This document shows positions 52,630 to 64,000 of a DNA stretch of 64,000 bases, piece by piece. The number at the start of each line of letters is the position of its first letter. The stretch's first letter is position 1. Both the position numbers and the translations under genes were made by a program. The stretch spans positions 124,001 to 188,000 of the forward strand of contig JAPDFW010000095.1 in assembly GCA_028826165.1 (NCBI GenBank). Direction: 5' to 3'. Below the pieces are notes generated by a model, which saw only the letters and a program-made list of their open reading frames with translations, was not told where the DNA came from and did not search any database. This DNA comes from Anaeramoeba ignava BMAN (taxonomy: Eukaryota; Protista; Anaeramoebae).

Positions 52630-54788
52630 ATGAAAAATTTTGGAAAACAACATTTTGAAAAATTTGATGAAGTTGAATTACAAGATTCAAATGAATTACA
52701 AAAAGAACCAAATCAAGAAGAAATAGAAATAGAATTAGAATTAGAAGAACCAAATCAAATTGAAAGAAATAGAAAACAAGAATCAAAAGAAATAAATAAT
52801 AATGATTTTCAAGTTTCTCAAGATAAACTTTTATTACCAAAAAATCAACAAACTTTTTATCAAAAATGGATTCGTCCAAGATTTAATAAAGGATTTCTTA
52901 GTAATTTAACTTCCTTTACAATTTTTTTAATTGGTTTAATTATTAGAGCAAGTTCTCAAACTCATACAAGTAAAAAACGTCAAATTTGAAAATTAAAATT
53001 AAAATTCATTTATAAAATTAAAATTCATTTATAAAATTTAAATTAAAATTAAAATTAAAATTAAAATTAAAATTAAAATTAAAATTAAAATTAAAATTAA
53101 AATTAAAATTAAAATTAAAATTAAAATTTAAAATTAAAATTAAAATTAAAATTAAAATTAAAATTAAAATTAAAATTAAAATTAAAAATTAAAATTAAAA
53201 TAAAATTAAAATTAAAAATTTATAAAATTAAAATTAAAATTTAAAATTAAATTTAAAATTAAAATTAAAATTAAAATTAAAATTAAAATAAAAATTAAAA
53301 TTAAAATTAAAATTAAAATCAAAATTAAAATTAAAATTAAAAATTAAAATTTAAATTAAAATTAAAATTAAAATTTAAATTAAAATTAAAATTAAAATTA
53401 AAATTTAAAATTAAAATTAAAATTAAAATTAAAATTAAAATTAAAAATTAAAATTAAAAATTAAAATTAAAATTAAAAATTAAAATTCATTTAAAATTAA
53501 AATTCATTTATAAAATTAAAATTAAAATTAAAATTAAAATTAAAATTAAAATTAAAATTTATTTATAAAATTAAAATTAAAAATTAAAATTAAATTTAAA
53601 ATTAAAATTAAAATTAATATTAAAATTAAAATTAATATTAAAATTAAAATTGAAATTAAAATTAAAATTTGTGTTCATTTATAAAATTAAAATTCATTTA
53701 TAAAATTAAAATTAAAATTAAAATTAAAATTAAAAATTAAAATTAAAATTTTTTTATAAAATTAAAATTAAAATTAAAATTAAAATTAAAATTAAAATTA
53801 AAATTAAAATTAAAATTAAAATTAAAATTAAAATTAAAAATTTATTTAAAATTAAAATTAAAATTAAAATTAAAATTAAAATTAAAATTAAAATTAAAAT
53901 TAAAATCAAAATTCATTTATAAAATTAAAATTAAAATTAAAATTAAAATTAAAATTAAAATTAAAATTAAAAATTAAAAATTAAAATTAAAATTAAAATT
54001 CTTTTATTAAATTAAAATTCTTTTATAAAATTAAAATTCTTTTATTAAATTAAAATATTTTAAACTAAAAGACTCAAATAAAGCAGGAAGATATATCCTT
54101 TCTATGGGTTTATTTGGATTTGCTGGAGGAATTACAAATTGGCTCGCAATTAAAATGTTGTTTGATAAAATACCATTTCTTTATGGTTCAGGAATAATTC
54201 CAAGAAGATTTCGAGAGATTCGAGAAACAGTTAAAAACACAATAATGAAAACATTTTTTGATGAAGTAAAAAATTTTTTTTCTTTTCGGGAAAACTTTTT
54301 TTTTCACCTTTTTTTCCTTTCACTAGAAATACTTGAAAAAATACATCTCAACACAATTAAAGAAGTATATAGGATCAATGCACATTGAAGAAAAATTTAT
54401 GAAAGCTCTTGAATCTCCAAAAATTAGTGGATTAATTGAATCCAAACTTGGAACACTTAAAGATCGACCAGAAGGATTTGTTCTCACAAATTTAGGCATA
54501 GATCCAACATCTTTAAAACCATTAGTCCTTCCTTTTGTGATTGGAATTGGAAAAGATATTATCCCAATATTTATTTCTTATGCTGATTCTGCTCAATGGT
54601 TTGATATTGAAAAAATAAGAATCGAATTGGATTTATTGATGACTGAGAAATTGAAACAATTAACCCCTCAAATTGTAAAGCAATTAATGGAAGATATTAT
54701 GAGAGACCATTTAGGTTGGCTTATTGTGTGGGGAAATGTCTTTGGTGCTTTAATTGGTCTTATTTCTTCTATTGCTGGTTATGGTTAA
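52630..54788 (+). CDS. DUF445-family membrane protein, 3 exons
   Basis: GLFGFAGGITNWLAIKMLFDKIPFLYGSGIIP.RF and C-terminal LTPQIVKQLMEDIMRDHLGWLIVWGNVFGALIGL. Intron 1 is filled with (TTAAAA)n. Confidence 0.88.
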
Positions 54789-54960
54789 TTTGATTTTTTT
54801 TCTTTAAATTTTGAATTAATTTTTTTTTTAAAATTTTGAATTTAATTTGATTTTTTTTTTAATAATAATAATATTAATTGAATCTTTTTTCTTTTTTTTT
54901 CTTTTTAAAAATAAATTCCTTCTTCCTTAAAAAAAAACGTTTTCTTTTATAAAATTTTTT

Positions 54961-56705
54961 TTAATTTTGTTTTTTTGATTTTTTTTTTGGTGAATTATTC
55001 ATTTTTTGTGTAGATTTTTTTCCTTTTCCTGAATTTGTGATTGTTGGATAATCCCATAAACCTTGTTTTTCATTATTTGTTGTTGATTTTTTATTTTGTC
55101 TTGGTTGATTTTCTTTTTTTGTATTTTGATTTTTTTGTTGATTTAAATTTTTTTGATTTTTTTGATTTTTTTGATTTTGTTTTTCTTTTTCTTGTTCTTC
55201 TAAAATTTCAGAAAGTGATGAAATTTGAACTTTTGAGGGAACATTCCATTGATTTGATATTTGAGGAGATTTTTTAGAAGATTTTTTAGAAGATTTTTGA
55301 GGAGATTTTTGAGAAGATTTTTGAGGAGATTTTTGAGAAGATTTTTGAGAAGATTTTTTAGGAGATTTTGGTTTTGAATTTTGATTTTGATTTTTTAATT
55401 GATTTTGATTTTTTAATTGATTTTTTAATTGATTTTGATTTTGATTTTGATTTTGATTTTGATTTTGATTTTGATTTTGATTTTTTTTAGGTTTCTTGTT
55501 TTGATTTTTAATTTGATTTCCATTTTGATTTTTAATTTGATTTCCAATTTGATTTCCATTTTGATTTTTAATTTGATTTTCATTTTGATTTTGATTTTGA
55601 TTTTGATTTTGATTTTCATTTTTGATTTTGATTTTTTGATTTTGATTTTGATTTTGATTTTGATTTTGATTTTGATTTAATAAAATTTCAAATTCTTGAA
55701 TTTCTTCTTCCTGTATTTGATTTAATGTTTTAGAAAAATCAATTTTAAGAGGAAGTTGTGTATCATCAACTTCTTGTTGAATTAAAATTAATTCTAAATT
55801 TTTAAAATGATTAAAAGAGTTATCTTGTGATTCATTATCCTTATTTTCTAAATGTTCAAATTCAATAAAGGAATTATAATTTTTAAATAAAAATTCTGAA
55901 AGTTGAATTGAATGTAATTTTTGTTGATGATATTGATCCATTTGATGAGTTAAATGATTTATTTGATTCATCAATTCAGAATCTCTTGAATAAGATTGAA
56001 AATTGGGTTCTCTTAGTGGAAAAGGATGAAATATTTCTTCTCGATCTTTTTTTATAAATTTAATTATAAATTTAATTATAAATTTAATTATAAATTTAAT
56101 TATAAATTTTGAAATAAATTTAATTATAAATTTAATTATAAATTTTGAAATAAATTTAATTATAAATTTTATTATAAATTTAATTATAAATTTAATTATA
56201 AATTTAATTATAAATTTAATTATAAATTTAATTATAAATTTAATTATAAATTTAATTATAAATATAATTATAAATTTAATTATAAATTTAATTATAAATT
56301 TAATTATAAATTTAATTATAAATTTAATTATAAATTAATATAAATTTAATTATAAATTTAATTATAAATTTAATTATAAATTTAATTATAAATTTAATTA
56401 TAAATTTAATTATAAATTTAATTATAAATTTCATTCTAAATTTCATTCTAAATTTCATTCAATATACTTTGAGGTTTAGAAATAAATCTCCTTTGATGAA
56501 TTGGATGAATTGGATGAATTGATTCATCTGGTCTTAATGATAAATTTGAATAAGATTCTGGTGGGAGAACTTGATCTGTTGTAACATTTAATAATGATGT
56601 ATAATTTGAATGTTTTTTATTTTTAACTTTTTCAAAAATTTGAAGAAGTTCTTCTTTTGAAAATTGAATTTTTTTTGTTTTATTTTTTATAAAATTTGAA
56701 TTCAT
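54961..56705 (-). CDS. Low-complexity protein with GIGYF-like motifs, 2 exons
   Basis: Exon 1 has IQFSKEELLQI (YxYSKEELL-like 4EHP-binding motif) and splices in frame across ~56048-56467. C-terminal W...SLSEILEEQEKE. No recognisable GYF domain. Confidence 0.55.
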
Positions 56706-57439
56706 TTGATTTTATTTTTTAAATAAGAATAATAAATTATTTTTTGAATAAAAAAAAATGAAAAAAATGAATTTGAAAAAAATGAAAAAAAAATTGTTTT
56801 TGTTTTTTTTAAATAAAAATCTTGCATGTCGAGTCAAACTGTTTAATTCATTTTCTTTGAAATAACAGTGCCCAAAAAAATGGATTTTATTTTACATGCT
56901 TTTCTTTTTTGAAATAAATTTTGAATTAAAAAATTGTTTAAAAAAAAAAAAGAATAAATTTATTTGAACAAGGAAAATTGAATAAAAAAAAAAGGAAAAT
57001 GAAAAGCAGAACAAAACAATGATCTAATTATTTTTTCAATTTTGATTTTTTCTCAAATTATTTTTTCAATTTAATTTTTCAATTTAATAATTTTCAATTT
57101 AATAATTTTTTCAATTTAATTCTTTTTTCAATTTAATTTTTCAATTTTGATTTTTCAATTTAATTTTTCAATTTAATTATTTTTTCAATTTAATTCTTTT
57201 TTCAATTTTAATTTTTTCAATTTAATTCTTTCAATTTTGATTTTTCAATTTAATTCTTCAATTTAATTATTTTTTCAATTTAATTTTTTCAATTTAATTT
57301 TTTTTTCAATTTAATTTTTTTTTCAATTTAATTTTTTCAATTTAATTTTTTCAATTTAATAATTTTTTCAATTTAATTCTTTTTTCAATTTAATTCTTTC
57401 AATTTAATTCTTTCAATTTAATTTTTCAATTTAATTCTT

Positions 57440-59429
<1,990 letters not shown>

Positions 59430-59782
59430 TTAATTAAAAAAAAAAAGAAATTAATTTAAAAAAAATAAAAAGAAAAAAAAGAAAAAAATGATCAAAAAAA
59501 AAAAATAAAAACTTAAAAAAATGAAAAAAAAAATAATTATTATTTTCATATTTTTTTCTATATATAACTTTAAATATTATTTTTTTTATTTTTTTTCTCT
59601 TTAATAATTATCATTAATTCCTTAATAATTTGAATTAAAAATTAATTTAAAAGATTTTTTCCAAATTAAAAATAATTTAAACATGATTTTAAATTTGATT
59701 TTTTTTTAATTAAAAAAATTTTTTTTTCTTTTTTTTTAAATTCATTTTTTTCTTTCTTTTATTTTTTTTAAAAAATTTAAAA

Positions 59783-62729
59783 ATGGAACCAAAAATAATA
59801 CAAGAAACAGATGAAAAAGAAAAAGAAGATATTTCTAAAAAGTTACTTTTCAAAAGAAAACATGGATTTGATTCAATTAATCAAGAACAATTCAAAGAAA
59901 TAATGGATTTTGCAGTAAAAAATTAATCAAAATTCAAATTAAAATTAAAATTAATATTAAAATTATTATTAAAATTAAAATTAAAATCAAAATCAAAATT
60001 AAAATCAAAATTAAAATTAAAATTATAATTAAAATTAAAATTAAAATCAAAATTAAAATTAAAATTAAAATTAAAATTAAAATTAAAATTAAAATTAAAA
60101 TTAAAATTAAAATCAAAATTAAAATTAAAATTAAAATTAAAATTAAAATTAAAATCAAAATCAAAATTAAAATTATAATTAAAATTAAAATTAGAATTAA
60201 AATTAAAATCAAAATTCAAAATTAAAATTCAAAATTAATTTATAAAAATTAAAATCAATTAAAATTAAAATTAAAATTAAAATTAAAATCAAAATTCAAA
60301 ATTAAAATTAAAATTAAAATTAAAATTAAAATTAAAATTAAAATCAAAATTAGGAAATGTATAAAAATTTTATTAGTTTCTCAAAAACAGAAAGAGAATG
60401 CATTGATTCAATTAAACAATTAAGTAAACAAAACGGATTCGTTAATATCAAAAAAGCCAAAAAGGAAGATCAAAAACTCTTTTTTGAATTTGATAAAGTT
60501 TGTGGAGGTTTAGCTTATATTAAAGATCCTAATGATCTTGAAAATGGTTTCCTTATTTTAGGATCTCATATTGATTCTCCAAGACTTGATCTTAAACAAA
60601 TGCCAATTTATGAAACTCTTGATATGTGTTATGCAAAAACCCATTATTAGTAATTTTGTTTTCTTTATTTTTTTTCCGATTAATTTTTTTTATTAATTTT
60701 TTTTCCTTTTTAATTTGTTTTATAAATTAGTGGTGGAATTAAGAAATATCAATGGTATCATCAAAACCAAATGAAAATCTCATGAAATTTTAAATCAATT
60801 TTATATTAGATATAAATATAAATATAAATATAAATATAAATATAAATATAAATATAAATATAAATATAAATATAAATATAAATATAAATATAAATATAAA
60901 TATAAATATAAATATAAATATAAATATTAATAAAATATAAATCTAAATATAAATATAAATATAAATATAAATATAAATATAAATATAAATATAAATATAA
61001 ATATAAATATAAATATAAATATAAATACAAATATAAATACAAATATAAATACAAATATAAATATAAATATAAATCAATTATTTAAATAAGGGTTACAAGA
61101 CCTTTAGCTTTACATGGAGTTGTTGTTTTAACATCAGGAGAAGTTGTAAACATTGTTATTGGAGAAGCAGAAACTGATCCTGTTTTCACAATTAAGTAAA
61201 TAACTTCTAAAAAGAAAACATTTTTTTTTTAAAATCAAAAAAAAAGAAGAATAATTTACATTTTGATTAAAAATCAAATTCTTTTATTGAAAAAAGTGAT
61301 CTTCTTCCACATTTAGCTCAACAACAATCTGCAAAATCAGCCAAAACTGTTATTGAAGGAGAGAATTTGAATATTTTAGTATATAATTTTATTATTCAAG
61401 AAAGAAAACAATTTTTTTTAATTTGATTTAATTTCCAAAAAAAAATAATTTTTAGATTGGAAGTGTTCCTTATAATTTCCAAAAAAAATCCAATTCAGTT
61501 AAATTGAATATTTTGAACATTTTAAATCAAAAATATGGAATTGTTGAAGAAGATTTTATTTCTGCCGAATTAGAATTAGTTCCTGCTGGATTGGCACGTG
61601 ATGTTGGATTAGATCTTTCATTTGTTGGTAATTTAATTTTTTAATTTAATTTTTAATTTGAATTTTTTAATTTAATTTTTTAATTTAAATTTTTTAATTG
61701 AATTTTTTAATTTAATTTTTTAATTTAATTGAATTTTTTAAGGTGGTTATGGACAAGATGACCGTGTTTGCAGCTTTTGTGGAATGCAAGCACTCTTTAA
61801 TATCATTTCAAAAAGTCCCGAACTTATTTCAAAGAATCTCATGATTATATTTTTTGATAAAGTTTATACTTAATTTAAAAGAAAAAGAAAATTTTTTTAA
61901 TTTATTCAAAAATTAATCAACTTTTTAATTCTCAGGAAGAAATTGGTTCTCAAGGAAATTCAGGAGCAAATTCAAATTTGGTGGAAAGAATATTTAATTC
62001 TATTCTTTATCTTCATGGAAAAACAGAACAAAATTCTTTGATTAATTCACTTGCAAATTCACAATTATTATCTGCAGATGTAAATGTAGGAATTGATCCA
62101 GAATGGAGAAGTGTTTGTGAAGAAAACAATTGCGCTAAAATTGGATATGGAGTTGCTTTAACAAAATTCACTGGTGAAAAAAAAAATTAAAAGGAAAAAA
62201 TCAAAAAAATCAAAAAGAAAAATTTTAACCGATTTTTTTCTTGTTAAATTTTTGTTCATTAAATTAAAAGGTTCTGGTGGAAAATCTAATAGTAATGAAG
62301 CTCATGCTGAGTTTGTTGCTCGTATTAGAAAGGCGTTTAATCAAGATGGTGTTCTTTATCAACCTGCAGAATTGGGAAAAGTTGATCAAGGAGGTGGTGG
62401 AACAATTGCAAAATATTTGGCTTCTTATGGAATGCAAGTTTGGTAAGTCAAAATAATAATTGATTAATTTATTTTTTTCTTTCTTTCATCTCATTAATTC
62501 AATTTATTTTATTTTCCTTTTATTTTTATTATAGTGATTGTGGAACTCCTGTTCTTTCAATGTAATTTTGATTTTGATTTTTATTTTTATTTTTATTTTG
62601 AAATTTTTTGAAATGAAAATTTATTTTTCTTTATTGAAAAAAATAAGGCATGCTCCATTTGAAATTTCTTCTAAAGCGGATGTTTTCCATACTTATAAAG
62701 CTTATCTTTCATTCTATAAACTCAAATGA
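59783..62729 (+). CDS. M18 family aminopeptidase, bacterial ApeA type, 11 exons
   Basis: [81 protein letters not shown], joined across 10 GT-AG introns. Confidence 0.92.
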
Positions 62730-63334
62730 GCTTTTTTTTTTCAAATCAAATTCAAAATCAAAATCAAAATCAAAATCAAAATTAAATTAAAAATTAAAAA
62801 TCAAAAATTAAAATTTTAAATCAAAAAATTAAATCAAAAATCAAATTAAAATTAAAATCAAATAAAATCAAAATTAAATTAAAATTAAAATTAAATTAAA
62901 AATTAAATCAAAAATTTAAATTAAAATTAAAATTAAAATTTAATTAAAAAAATTAAAATTAAAATTAAAATTAAATTAAAATTAAATTAAAATTAAATCA
63001 AAATTAAATTAAAATTAAAATCAAAATTAAATCAAAATTAAATCAAAATTAAATCAAAATTAAATCAAAATTAAATCAAAATTAAAATCAAAATTAATTC
63101 AAAATTAAATTAAAAATAAAGAAGAAAACGAAGAAAACAAAAGAAGAAGTTTTGTTTGTTTGTTTTTAATTAAGCAATCTGAAAAGAAAGTAAAAAAAAA
63201 AAGAATTGAAGAAAATAAAAGGTTTTTGTTCTTTGATTTGTTTTGTAATTTAAGAAGAAGAAAAAAACCTTTTATTTTGAAATTTCAAGAATTGTTTTTT
63301 GTTGTTTTTTGTTTTTTGGTTTTGTTTTGAGAAT

Positions 63335-64000
63335 TTATTTCTTTGTTTTTGAAACTGATGAAAACATTGTTGGAACAACTTCTTTAAGTTTTGTTGTATT
63401 AACAGATGAAACAGAACCAAAATTAACGAAAAAACAACGAGTCATAACTAAATCTTCATTTGGAATAACATAAAAAGGATTTGGATTTTTAACTTCTGAA
63501 GTTTTAACAACTAATTCGGATAAAAATTTAATTTAAATAATTTTAATTTAAATAAATTTAATTCAAATAAATTCAATTGAAATAAATTTAATTTAAATAA
63601 ATTTAATTGAAATAAATTAATTGAAATAAATTTAATTGAAATAAATTTAAATTGAAATAAATTTACTTTCACATAAAGCCATGCATTGAAAAGAAGAATT
63701 TGAAAATCTACTTTTTTTCCAACCAGTTCCACTTCGACCTTTTTTTTTTAAAATAAAATAAATTAAAAAAATTATAAATTATAAATTGAAAAAATAAATT
63801 AAAAAAAACCATAATAAGTAGAAGTTGAAGGTTCAGCTGCCAAATAAATTCCTGCACCATAAGCAGCAGCATGCATCATACGTTTAGTGTTACTCATATT
63901 TTTCAAACCAGTTCTTAAAATACAATGCCAATTCTCAACTGGAGAACCATGAAAAGCATAAACAGAAGGGTTATTTTTCTTAAGTTCTTGAAAAGCGGAT
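63335..64000 (-). CDS. PARP6/PARP8-like mono-ADP-ribosyltransferase, 3' end
   Basis: YAFHGSPVENWHCILRTGLKNMSNTKRMMHAAAYGAGIYLA...CMALCE|IV...YVIPNEDLVMTRCFF (H-Y-I-type triad). Stop at 63335. Confidence 0.88.

Overview
Extremely AT-rich, intron-containing eukaryotic nuclear DNA. The gene families (BTB-TLDc and BTB-tail genes, bacterial-type enzymes carrying introns) suggest an anaerobic protist such as Anaeramoeba; this is inference only. About 20 densely packed genes can be rebuilt by hand with spliceosomal introns: a TBC RabGAP, CCDC53, a calmodulin-like protein, RNase Z(L), an RNF216-like RBR E3, NMT, BTB-BACK-TLDc, PH-RasGAP, INTS1, a coiled-coil-TLDc protein, an ARM-repeat protein, SMCR8, BRCA2, a membrane protein, an HhH protein, DUF445, a GIGYF-like protein, an ARF GTPase, an ApeA-type M18 aminopeptidase and a PARP6/8-like protein. 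Many introns and intergenic gaps are inflated by simple repeats. Main finding: the apparent ~178-bp satellite at 32956-34559 reads on the minus strand as nine near-identical GT...AG introns separated by eight variable microexons (seven of 3 nt, one of 2 nt as assembled). It sits in the loop after GPTFG of a TLDc domain. Any subset of the 3-nt exons keeps frame and cannot make a stop, so this is a candidate combinatorial splice-diversification cassette. A ~380-nt strongly base-paired island inside a RasGAP intron is a candidate novel ncRNA. Frameshifts in INTS1, BRCA2, the ARM gene and the TLDc gene sit mostly in homopolymers and are probably consensus errors.
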